Source: Macrostomum lignano | Taxonomy: Eukaryota | DNA: 45,880 nt | NCBI GenBank assembly: GCA_002269645.1 | Contig: NIVC01004438.1 | Span: 1-45,880 of the forward strand | Reading direction: 5' to 3' | Part shown: in pieces, positions 23,801 to 37,339 of the stretch | Layout of the letters: each line of letters starts with the position of its first letter | How positions within the stretch are numbered: the first letter of the stretch is position 1 | The notes under the pieces: model-generated | The model's database searches: none | What the model was told of the DNA's origin: nothing | What the model saw: only the letters and a program-made list of their open reading frames with translations | Translations under genes and position numbers: made by a program

Positions 23801-26800
23801 ACGCTTCTATGATTGTTTACATGACGCTTCTATGATTGTTTACATGACGCTTCTATGATTTTTAAATGACGCTTCTATGATTTTTACATGACGCTTCTAT
23901 GATTTTTAAATGACGCTTCTATGATTTTTTACATGACGCTTCTATGATTTTTTACATGACGCTTCTATGATTGTTTACATGACGCTTCTATGATTTTTAC
24001 ATGACGCTTCTATGATTTTTAATGACGCTTCTATGATTGTTTACATGACGCTTCTATGATTGTTTACATGACGCTTCTATGATTTTTTACATGGCTTCTA
24101 TGATTTTTACATGACGCTTCTATGATTTTTACATGACGCTTTATGATTGTTTACATGACGCTTCTATGATTTTTATATGACGCTTCTACGATTTTTACAT
24201 GGCTTCTATGATTTTTTACATGACGCTTCTATGATTGTTTACATGACGCTTCTATGATTTTTACATGACGCTTCTATGATTTTTAATGACGCTTCTATGA
24301 TTTTTACATGACGCTTCTATGATTTTTAATGACGCTTCTATGATTTTTTACATGACGCTTCTATGATTTTTACATGACGCTTCTATGATTTTTATGACGC
24401 TTCTATGATTTTTTACATGGCTTCTATGATTTTTTACATGACGCTTCTATGATTGTTTACATGACGCTTCTATGATTTTTACATGACGCTTCTATGATTT
24501 TTAATGACGCTTCTATGATTTTTTACATGACGCTTCTATGATTTTTATATGACGCTTCTATGATTTTTATGACGCTTCTATGATTTTTTACATGACGCTT
24601 CTATGATTGTTTACATGACGCTTCTATGATTTTTAATGACGCTTCTATGATTTTTTACATGACGCTTCTATGATTGTTTACATGACGCTTCTATGATTGT
24701 TTACATGACGCTTCTATGATTTTTACATGACGCTTCTATGATTGTTTACATGACGCTTCTATGATTTTTTACATGACGCTTCTATGATTTTTACATGACG
24801 CTTCTATGATTGTTTACATGACGCTTCTATGATTTTTTACATGACGCTTCTATGATTTTTACATGACGCTTCTATGATTGTTTACATGACGCTTCTATGA
24901 TTTTTACATGACGCTTCTATGATTTTTACATGACGCTTCTATGATTTTTTCATGACGCTTCTATGATTTTTACATGACGCTTCTATGATTGTTTACATGA
25001 CGCTTCTATGATTTTTACATGACGCTTCTATGATTTTTAATGACGCTTCTATGATTGTTTACATGACGCTTCTATGATTGTTTACATGACGCTTCTATGA
25101 TTTTTTACATGACGCTTCTATGATTTTTTACATGACGCTTCTATGATTGTTTACATGACGCTTCTATGATTTTTACATGACGCTTCTATGATTTTTACAT
25201 GACGCTTCTATGATTTTTACATGACGCTTCTATGATTTTTAATGACGCTTCTATGATTTTTACATGACGCTTCTATGATTTTTACATGACGCTTCTATGA
25301 TTGTTTACATGACGCTTCTATGATTGTTTACATGACGCTTCTATGATTTTTAATGACGCTTCTATGATTTTTACATGACGCTTCTATGATTGTTTACATG
25401 ACGCTTCTATGATTTTTACATGACGCTTCTATGATTGTTTACATGACGCTTCTATGATTTTTACATGACGCTTCTATGATTTTTAATGACGCTTCTATGA
25501 TTGTTTACATGACGCTTCTATGATTTTACATGACGCTTCTATGATTTTTACATGACGCTTCTATGATTTTTACATGACGCTTCTATGATTTTTACATGAC
25601 GCTTCTATGATTGTTTACATGACGCTTCTATGATTTTTACATGACGCTTCTATGATTTTTTACATGACGCTTCTATGATTGTTTACATGACGCTTCTATG
25701 ATTTTTACATGACGCTTCTATGATTTTTACATGACGCTTCTATGATTTTTTACATGACGCTTCTATGATTGTTTACATGACGCTTCTATGATTTTTACAT
25801 GACGCTTCTATGATTGTTTACATGACGCTTCTATGATTTTTACATGACGCTTCTATGATTTTTACATGACGCTTCTATGATTTTTACATGACGCTTCTAT
25901 GATTTTTTACATGACGCTTCTATGATTTTTACATGACGCTTCTATGATTTTTACATGACGCTTCTATGATTTTTACATGACGCTTCTATGATTTTTACAT
26001 GACGCTTCTATGATTTTTTACATGACGCTTCTATGATTTTTACATGACGCTTCTATGATTTTTACATGACGCTTCTATGATTTTTTACATGACGCTTCTA
26101 TGATTTTTACATGACGCTTCTATGATTTTTACATGACGCTTCTATGATTTTTACATGACGCTTCTATGATTTTTACATGACGCTTCTATGATTTTTACAT
26201 GACGCTTCTATGATTTTTATATGACGCTTCTATGATTTTTACATGACGCTTCTATGATTTTTTACATGACGCTTCTATGATTTTTTACATGACGCTTCTA
26301 TGATTTTTACATGACGCTTCTATGATTTTTACATGACGCTTCTATGATTGTTTACATGACGCTTCTATGATTTTTACATGACGCTTCTATGATTTTTACA
26401 TGACGCTTCTATGATTGTTTACATGACGCTTCTATGATTTTTACATGACGCTTCTATGATTTTTACATGACGCTTCTATGATTGTTTACATGACGCTTCT
26501 ATGATTTTTACATGACGCTTCTATGATTTTTACATGACGCTTCTATGATTTTTACATGACGCTTCTATGATTTTTACATGACGCTTCTATGATTTTTACA
26601 TGACGCTTCTATGATTTTTACATGACGCTTCTATGATTTTTACATGACGCTTCTATGATTTTTACATGACGCTTCTATGATTTTTACATGACGCTTCTAT
26701 GATTGTTTACATGACGCTTCTATGATTTTTACATGACGCTTCTATGATTTTTACATGACGCTTCTATGATTTTTACATGACGCTTCTATGATTTTTACAT

Positions 26801-29800
26801 GACGCTTCTATGATTTTTACATGACGCTTCTATGATTTTTACATGACGCTTCTATGATTTTTACATGACGCTTCTATGATTTTTACATGACGCTTCTATG
26901 ATTTTTACATGACGCTTCTATGATTTTTACATGACGCTTCTATGATTGTTTACATGACGCTTCTATGATTTTTACATGACGCTTCTATGATTTTTACATG
27001 ACGCTTCTATGATTTTTACATGACGCTTCTATGATTTTTACATGACGCTTCTATGATTTTTACATGACGCTTCTATGATTTTTACATGACGCTTCTATGA
27101 TTTTTACATGACGCTTCTATGATTTTTACATGACGCTTCTATGATTTTTACATGACGCTTCTATGATTTTTACATGACGCTTCTATGATTTTTACATGAC
27201 GCTTCTATGATTTTTACATGACGCTTCTATGATTTTTACATGACGCTTCTATGATTTTTACATGACGCTTCTATGATTTTTACATGACGCTTCTATGATT
27301 TTTACATGACGCTTCTATGATTTTTACATGACGCTTCTATGATTTTTACATGACGCTTCTATGATTGTTTACATGACGCTTCTATGATTTTTACATGACG
27401 CTTCTATGATTTTTACATGACGCTTCTATGATTTTTACATGACGCTTCTATGATTTTTACATGACGCTTCTATGATTTTTACATGACGCTTCTATGATTT
27501 TTACATGACGCTTCTATGATTTTTACATGACGCTTCTATGATTTTTACATGACGCTTCTATGATTTTTACATGACGCTTCTATGATTTTTACATGACGCT
27601 TCTATGATTTTTACATGACGCTTCTATGATTTTTACATGACGCTTCTATGATTTTTACATGACGCTTCTATGATTTTTACATGACGCTTCTATGATTTTT
27701 ACATGACGCTTCTATGATTTTTACATGACGCTTCTATGATTTTTACATGACGCTTCTATGATTTTTACATGACGCTTCTATGATTTTTACATGACGCTTC
27801 TATGATTTTTACATGACGCTTCTATGATTTTTACATGACGCTTCTATGATTTTTACATGACGCTTCTATGATTTTTACATGACGCTTCTATGATTTTTAC
27901 ATGACGCTTCTATGATTTTTACATGACGCTTCTATGATTTTTACATGACGCTTCTATGATTTTTACATGACGCTTCTATGATTTTTACATGACGCTTCTA
28001 TGATTTTTACATGACGCTTCTATGATTTTTACATGACGCTTCTATGATTTTTACATGACGCTTCTATGATTTTTACATGACGCTTCTATGATTTTTACAT
28101 GACGCTTCTATGATTTTTACATGACGCTTCTATGATTTTTACATGACGCTTCTATGATTTTTACATGACGCTTCTATGATTTTTACATGACGCTTCTATG
28201 ATTTTTACATGACGCTTCTATGATTTTTACATGACGCTTCTATGATTTTTACATGACGCTTCTATGATTTTTACATGACGCTTCTATGATTTTTACATGA
28301 CGCTTCTATGATTTTTACATGACGCTTCTATGATTTTTACATGACGCTTCTATGATTTTTACATGACGCTTCTATGATTTTTACATGACGCTTCTATGAT
28401 TTTTACATGACGCTTCTATGATTTTTACATGACGCTTCTATGATTTTTACATGACGCTTCTATGATTTTTACATGACGCTTCTATGATTTTTACATGACG
28501 CTTCTATGATTTTTACATGACGCTTCTATGATTTTTACATGACGCTTCTATGATTTTTACATGACGCTTCTATGATTTTTACATGACGCTTCTATGATTT
28601 TTACATGACGCTTCTATGATTTTTACATGACGCTTCTATGATTTTTACATGACGCTTCTATGATTTTTACATGACGCTTCTATGATTTTTACATGACGCT
28701 TCTATGATTTTTACATGACGCTTCTATGATTTTTACATGACGCTTCTATGATTTTTACATGACGCTTCTATGATTTTTACATGACGCTTCTATGATTTTT
28801 ACATGACGCTTCTATGATTTTTACATGACGCTTCTATGATTTTTACATGACGCTTCTATGATTTTTACATGACGCTTCTATGATTTTTACATGACGCTTC
28901 TATGATTTTTTACATGACGCTTCTATGATTTTTACATGACGCTTCTATGATTTTTACATGACGCTTCTATGATTTTTACATGACGCTTCTATGATTTTTA
29001 CATGACGCTTCTATGATTTTTACATGACGCTTCTATGATTTTTACATGACGCTTCTATGATTTTTTACATGACGCTTCTATGATTTTTACATGACGCTTC
29101 TATGATTTTTACATGACGCTTCTATGATTTTTACATGACGCTTCTATGATTTTTACATGACGCTTCTATGATTTTTACATGACGCTTCTATGATTTTTAC
29201 ATGACGCTTCTATGATTTTTACATGACGCTTCTATGATTTTTACATGACGCTTCTATGATTTTTACATGACGCTTCTATGATTTTTACATGACGCTTCTA
29301 TGATTTTTTACATGACGCTTCTATGATTTTTACATGACGCTTCTATGATTTTTACATGACGCTTCTATGATTTTTACATGACGCTTCTATGATTGTTTAC
29401 ATGACGCTTCTATGATTTTTACATGACGCTTCTATGATTTTTACATGACGCTTCTATGATTGTTTACATGACGCTTCTATGATTTTTACATGACGCTTCT
29501 ATGATTTTTACATGACGCTTCTATGATTGTTTACATGACGCTTCTATGATTTTTACATGACGCTTCTATGATTTTTACATGACGCTTCTATGATTTTTAC
29601 ATGACGCTTCTATGATTTTTACATGACGCTTCTATGATTTTTACATGACGCTTCTATGATTTTTACATGACGCTTCTATGATTTTTACATGACGCTTCTA
29701 TGATTTTTACATGACGCTTCTATGATTTTTACATGACGCTTCTATGATTTTTACATGACGCTTCTATGATTTTTACATGACGCTTCTATGATTTTTACAT

Positions 29801-32800
29801 GACGCTTCTATGATTTTTACATGACGCTTCTATGATTTTTACATGACGCTTCTATGATTTTTACATGACGCTTCTATGATTTTTACATGACGCTTCTATG
29901 ATTTTTACATGACGCTTCTATGATTTTTACATGACGCTTCTATGATTTTTACATGACGCTTCTATGATTTTTACATGACGCTTCTATGATTGTTTACATG
30001 ACGCTTCTATGATTTTTACATGACGCTTCTATGATTTTTACATGACGCTTCTATGATTTTTACATGACGCTTCTATGATTTTTACATGACGCTTCTATGA
30101 TTTTTTACATGACGCTTCTATGATTTTTACATGACGCTTCTATGATTTTTACATGACGCTTCTATGATTTTTACATGACGCTTCTATGATTTTTACATGA
30201 CGCTTCTATGATTTTTACATGACGCTTCTATGATTTTTACATGACGCTTCTATGATTTTTACATGACGCTTCTATGATTTTTACATGACGCTTCTATGAT
30301 TTTTACATGACGCTTCTATGATTTTTACATGACGCTTCTATGATTTTTAATGACGCTTCTATGATTTTTTACATGACGCTTCTATGATTTTTTACATGAC
30401 GCTTCTATGATTTTTACATGACGCTTCTATGATTTTTACATGACGCTTCTATGATTTTTACATGACGCTTCTATGATTTTTACATGACGCTTCTATGATT
30501 TTTACATGACGCTTCTATGATTTTTACATGACGCTTCTATGATTTTTACATGACGCTTCTATGATTTTTACATGACGCTTCTATGATTTTTATGACGCTT
30601 CTATGATTTTTACATGACGCTTCTATGATTGTTTACATGACGCTTCTATGATTTTTACATGACGCTTCTATGATTTTTACATGACGCTTCTATGATTGTT
30701 TACATGACGCTTCTATGATTTTTACATGACGCTTCTATGATTTTTACATGACGCTTCTATGATTTTTACATGACGCTTCTATGATTTTTACATGACGCTT
30801 CTATGATTTTTACATGACGCTTCTATGATTTTTACATGACGCTTCTATGATTTTTACATGACGCTTCTATGATTTTTACATGACGCTTCTATGATTTTTA
30901 CATGACGCTTCTATGATTTTTTACATGACGCTTCTATGATTTTTACATGACGCTTCTATGATTTTTACATGACGCTTCTATGATTTTTACATGACGCTTC
31001 TATGATTTTTACATGACGCTTCTATGATTTTTACATGACGCTTCTATGATTTTTACATGACGCTTCTATGATTTTTACATGACGCTTCTATGATTGTTTA
31101 CATGACGCTTCTATGATTTTTACATGACGCTTCTATGATTTTTACATGACGCTTCTATGATTTTTACATGACGCTTCTATGATTTTTACATGACGCTTCT
31201 ATGATTTTTACATGACGCTTCTATGATTTTTACATGACGCTTCTATGATTTTTACATGACGCTTCTATGATTTTTACATGACGCTTCTATGATTTTTAAT
31301 GACGCTTCTATGATTGTTTACATGACGCTTCTATGATTTTTACATGACGCTTCTATGATTTTTAATGACGCTTCTATGATTTTTACATGACGCTTCTATG
31401 ATTGTTTACATGACGCTTCTATGATTTTTACATGACGCTTCTATGATTTTTACATGACGCTTCTATGATTGTTTACATGACGCTTCTATGATTTTTACAT
31501 GACGCTTCTATGATTGTTTACATGACGCTTCTATGATTTTTACATGACGCTTCTATGATTTTTTAATGACGCTTCTATGATTTTTACATGACGCTTCTAT
31601 GATTTTTACATGACGCTTCTATGATTTTTACATGACGCTTCTATGATTTTTACATGACGCTTCTATGATTTTTTACATGACGCTTCTATGATTGTTTACA
31701 TGACGCTTCTATGATTTTTACATGACGCTTCTATGATTTTTACATGACGCTTCTATGATTTTACATGACGCTTCTATGATTTTTTACATGACGCTTCTAT
31801 GATTGTTTACATGACGCTTCTATGATTTTTACATGACGCTTCTATGATTTTTACATGACGCTTCTATGATTTTTACATGACGCTTCTATGATTTTTACAT
31901 GACGCTTCTATGATTTTACATGACGCTTCTATGATTTTTTACATGACGCTTCTATGATTTTTACATGACGCTTCTATGATTTTTACATGACGCTTCTATG
32001 ATTTTTACATGACGCTTCTATGATTTTTACATGACGCTTCTATGATTTTTTACATGACGCTTCTATGATTTTTACATGACGCTTCTATGATTTTTTACAT
32101 GACGCTTCTATGATTTTTTACATGACGCTTCTATGATTTTTATATGACGCTTCTATGATTTTTTACATGACGCTTCTATGATTTTTTACATGACGCTTCT
32201 ATGATTTTTACATGACGCTTCTATGATTTTTACATGACGCTTCTATGATTTTTACATGACGCTTCTATGATTTTTACATGACGCTTCTATGATTTTTACA
32301 TGACGCTTCTATGATTTTTACATGACGCTTCTATGATTTTTTACATGACGCTTCTATGATTTTTACATGACGCTTCTATGATTTTTATGACGCTTCTATG
32401 ATTTTTTACATGACGCTTCTATGATTGTTTACATGACGCTTCTATGATTTTTACATGACGCTTCTATGATTTTTACATGACGCTTCTATGATTGTTTACA
32501 TGACGCTTCTATGATTTTTACATGACGCTTCTATGATTTTTACATGACGCTTCTATGATTGTTTACATGACGCTTCTATGATTTTTACATGACGCTTCTA
32601 TGATTTTTACATGACGCTTCTATGATTTTTACATGACGCTTCTATGATTTTTACATGACGCTTCTATGATTTTTACATGACGCTTCTATGATTTTTTACA
32701 TGACGCTTCTATGATTTTTACATGACGCTTCTATGATTTTTATGACGCTTCTATGATTTTTTACATGACGCTTCTATGATTGTTTACATGACGCTTCTAT

Positions 32801-34210
32801 GATTTTTACATGACGCTTCTATGATTGTTTACATGACGCTTCTATGATTTTTACATGACGCTTCTATGATTTTTACATGACGCTTCTATGATTTTTAAAT
32901 GAGGCTTCTATGATTTTTACATGACGCTTCTATGATTTTTACATGACGCTTCTATGATTTTTACATGACGCTTCTATGATTTTTATATGACGCTTCTATG
33001 ATTTTTACATGACGCTTCTATGATTGTTTACATGACGCTTCTATGATTTTTACATGACGCTTCTATGATTTTTTACATGACGCTTCTATGATTTTTACAT
33101 GACGCTTCTATGATTTTTTACATGACGCTTCTATGATTTTTACATGACGCTTCTATGATTTTTATATGACGCTTCTATGATTTTTACATGACGCTTCTAT
33201 GATTTTTTACATGACGCTTCTATGATTTTTACATGACGCTTCTATGATTTTTACATGACGCTTCTATGATTTTTACATGACGCTTCTATGATTTTTACAT
33301 GACGCTTCTATGATTTTTAAATGAGGCTTCTATGATTTTTACATGACGCTTCTATGATTTTTAAATGACGCTTCTATGATTTTTACATGACGCTTCTATG
33401 ATTTTTACATGACGCTTCTATGATTTTTAATGACGCTTCTATGATTGTTTACATGACGCTTCTATGATTGTTTACATGACGCTTCTATGATTTTTAATGA
33501 CGCTTCTATGATTTTTACATGACGCTTCTATGATTGTTTACATGACGCTTCTATGATTTTTTACATGACGCTTCTATGATTGTTTACATGACGCTTCTAT
33601 GAATTTTTACATGACGCTTCTATGATTTTTTAATGACGCTTCTATGATTGTTTACATGACGCTTCTATGATTGTTTACATGACGCTTCTATGATTTTTAA
33701 ATGACGCTTCTATGATTTTTATATGACGCTTCTACGATTTTTTACATGACACTTCTATGATTGTTTACATGACGCTTCTACGATTGTTTACATGACGCTT
33801 CTATGATTGTTTACATGACGCTTCAATAATTTTTTAAATGACGCTTCTATGATTTTTATATGACGCTTCTACGATTTTTACATGACGCTTCTATGATTGT
33901 TTACATGACGCTTCTATGACTTTTTACATGACGCTTCTACGATTTTTTACGTGACGCTTCTATGATTGTTTACATGACGCTTCTACGATTTTTTACATGG
34001 TGCTTCTATGATTGTTTACATGACGCTTCTATGATTGTTTACATGACGCTTCTATGATTTTTACATGACGCTTCTACGATTTTTATATAACGCTTCTACG
34101 ATTTTTTACATGGCGCTTCTATGATTGTTTACATGACGCTTCTATGATTTTTTACATGACGCTTCTATGATTTTTTACATGACGCTTCTATGATTTTTAC
34201 ATGACGCTTC
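20841..34210. repeat. 22-bp satellite array (TTTTTACATGACGCTTCTATGA)n, about 600 monomers, in Kv intron 1
   Basis: Directly visible, with 22/23-bp variants (TTGTTTAC, TTTTTT). Pure core at about 27.4-28.9 kb and variant-rich edges. Confidence 0.99.
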
Positions 34211-35574
34211 TTTTTAAAAAGTCTTTTAGTTTTCCTGACGTTGAAAAGCTTTAATTAAAAAAATTATACTCTATGAAAATTCGAACCATCGTCGCTGAAT
34301 TTAGCAGTTCAGTTTGTTCACCTCTAGGCTAGCTCTCATCGTTTTGATAACATCAAATTTTGCACTTATATAATTCAACACTTGAAAATCCAAGCATAGA
34401 GTAAATTACACGAAGCAGTTATGACATAATCAGTTTCTCAGTCAGTCAGTATCAGTTAACAATATGCATGGTTACGCAATTTAAATCAAGTCTGGTGCTA
34501 CGCTTCCACACTGCATTTTCAATTCAAGTCGGAGTTACAATTCAGTTATGATGCAATCTATTTCAGAATCAGAATTCAACCAGTCAGTTTTTTCTCTAGC
34601 ATTCTTACAATGCATTTCAAGTCGAAAAGTTTGCTTGACCTTTGCAAAAAAGCATGTTTTTCGAATATTTAATGCCTTTAGCATCGAGCAATTTCTTAGC
34701 CACGATGCATGTACAGTCACGGGAAAATTTCTGATTGAACAGTGCAAGTTCGAACAAAATCGGTCCAGCCATTTTTTCTCTAATCGATCACATAGACACA
34801 GACAGACCATTTTTAGTATATAGGAAGTTCGCAGGCGTTAAACAGCTTGCTAATTGGTTCAGCAATAATGTACATTAGCCAGTCCACTGAAATGTACATG
34901 GCAGCTTTAGGCTGGAATTCCGAGAAAGGCAATAAAAATTGGAGTCGGGCGGAGGGGGGTAGGGTGGAAGGGCACGGTTGGAGGGTTTAATCTGGGGGGT
35001 TAAGAACCAATAAAGAAGCCTTGGCTTTTAAAATACATTAAAATGCTTCAGTTTAACTTACTACTTAACTGAAAGTAGCTTACACGCAAATGTGCTGAGT
35101 GGCCCATCTAGTTATTCTAGTATCTGTGGTCGACGTTAAATTAATTAGAAAACACTCGATGCTGGGGCTTCACCGCAGATATGCAAATAGCGACCCAGCT
35201 ATTTACATTCCGATTTGGCAAAATTCCTCCTTTGCTAGACTATAAAAATCTACATAGCAAAAAGTAACTTTGTCTCTAGAGGCGTCGCAGTGCACCCCTT
35301 TGGGAGTTCAAACTATCCTGCAGTATTCATCGGAGAGAGAATTCGACATGTTTGTCAAAGCGTTGAATCGATAATTTAAACAAAAATCTGCCCTTTGGAA
35401 CCATTTACATTTTGAGCAGCAAGACGTGCAAAAGAAGACACTACAATGCAATAATTTCCTACAATTCTGGAAAGCAACGTCCCACAACCAGTGCTGGGTC
35501 GATTCTGTCCATTCCGCTGGCTCCTGAGCACATAGGAGCTGAGATACAAGCGCGCGGACTCATGCACTGTTCAT

Positions 35575-35640
35575 ACAGGATGTACAGCAGCCCTGACTTT
35601 CCAACCGTCAGGCATGTACACTCTCGGTGCCTTGGAGGAG
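35575..35640 (-). mobile_element. Fragment of SINE family B body
   Basis: TGTACAGCAGCCCTGACTTTCCAACCGTCAGGCATGTACACTCTCGGTGCCTTGG matches 2618-2672. Confidence 0.55.
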
Positions 35641-35899
35641 CCGGCCCTTGTGGCTGTGAATCGCACGACCGCCCTCGGTCAGGCCTCTGCCTCTGATCCA
35701 AAGGATTCATGTTTTTAGAAAACCAAGCGTTGCCTTCATATTTAGTGAGTCGTTGTGTTCATGGAACCAGTTGGGGGGTTCATTTCGATCTCTTGGAATC
35801 ATGACCGATGATCCTTCCTGCTCACGTCGCTACTAGATTGAGAGAGCAGAGGACTCACTGTATGAACTTTATCTGCATTGTCCACTTGATCTGTTTCAG

Positions 35900-36650
35900 C
35901 TGTGGGCGATGCTGCTCCTGCTGCTCATGATCTGCAGCGTGATGTGCTACTGCCTGCAGACGCACACGGCATTCCGCACGCCGAGCTCGAAGGTGTACCT
36001 GGGCAACACCACCGAGGGGCCGTGCAACAACGAGTCGCGCAGATGGAATCCAAAGTTCCGCAAAGACTGCGAAACCGAGACGATGAAAGGCTTAGTAGTA
36101 GTGGACGTCACTCTCAATGCCATATTCACATTTGAGTTCGTCATCAAGCTGGTTGTCGCGCCTGACAAGCCGAAGTTTCTGCGCTCGCCAATCTCCCTCA
36201 TGGACATCATCATCCTGGGCTCCTACTGGATCTACGTTTCCCTGACATTCTTCTACTACTATCGTCTGGGTGCTGAAGAGCTGCGCGCCTCGATGCAGGA
36301 GCAGTCGGCCGGAGTGGACCTCTGGTGGCTCAACGTGCTGTTCATGTCACAGGCGCTGCGCATATTGCGCGTCTTCAAGATCAGCAAAATCAGTCGAGGC
36401 CTCCGAGTCCTGATGCTGACGGTGAAGAAGTCGATCCCGGAGCTGGTGCTGCTGGGCTTCTTGCTGATGAACGGCATGTTCCTGTTCAGCTCCATGGTGT
36501 ACATGGCCGAGTACAATCAGTACGACACTTTCTCGGACATACCGCAGGCGTTCTGGTGGAGCATTGTGACGCTGACTACAGTGGGCTACGGGGACATTGT
36601 GCCCAAGGGCGGCCCGGGCTTCATCATCGGCTCTGTAGCGGCCGTATCTG
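35900..36650 (+). CDS. Kv channel coding exon 2: S1-S5, pore helix/filter, first half of S6
   Basis: Acceptor is tgtttcag| at 35899. The exon reads LWAMLLLLLMICSV (S1), AIFTFEF (S2), SLMDII (S3), LRILRVFKISK (S4), FWWSIVTLTTVGYGDIVP (pore). Donor is TCTG|GTGAGC at 36650/36651. Confidence 0.95.
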
Positions 36651-37339
36651 GTGAGCCCTCTAGTGCTTGCATATGTACTAGCGAACTACCGAAAGATCGG
36701 GGTACGGTTTGAACTTTTCGATACAGGATCTGGGACTCTCGAGGTGCTGGTTTACTTCTGATTGCATCCTACTTTTCGAATTATATAGCATCGGCGGTGT
36801 GAGCAGGTGTAACTGTTTGTAAATAATAGGTTGTGCTTGTAGGCATTGGTACAGGCATAGGCATATGCATAGGCATGGCATAGACATTAGCAGAGGCATA
36901 GGCATAAGCGTTACCGCGTCTTACCGCGTGTTAACTTTTAGCTTTTAGCGTTCCTAATCGGTTCCCACAGACTATATTGAACGGAAAAATCCCACGAAAA
37001 AAGTCAAAGACCTTCGTCTAGTGGAATCTGCACTGTTAGATCTACAATACCGATATTTCGGCTTCAAAATTCGAAACGGTAGTCAATTTGACTGGGATAA
37101 TAGACAATGGCATGGGCACAGTTGTTTGCTCTCACCGATAAAATGGGTGCTTTGTCCTGCCCGGGAAATTCAAATCGGACCACCCCTCCTTGCTCCAATT
37201 TCCTGCGATCCGGAATCAGCATCTCGATTGCTTTTCGCTTTTCTTTCCTAGCATTTCTCATCAGACAATGAGCCCGCATTCGATTGCCATGGCAGCTTAG
37301 GGAGTGCTCAGAACAGGCTTTGAGGGGTCAAAATCAAAT

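Noticed and set aside
20841-34210. Satellite (and the 30-, 35-, 42- and 50-bp arrays) as CRISPR arrays
   Set aside because: The units are head-to-tail with no unique spacers, there are no cas genes, and the context is eukaryotic and intronic.
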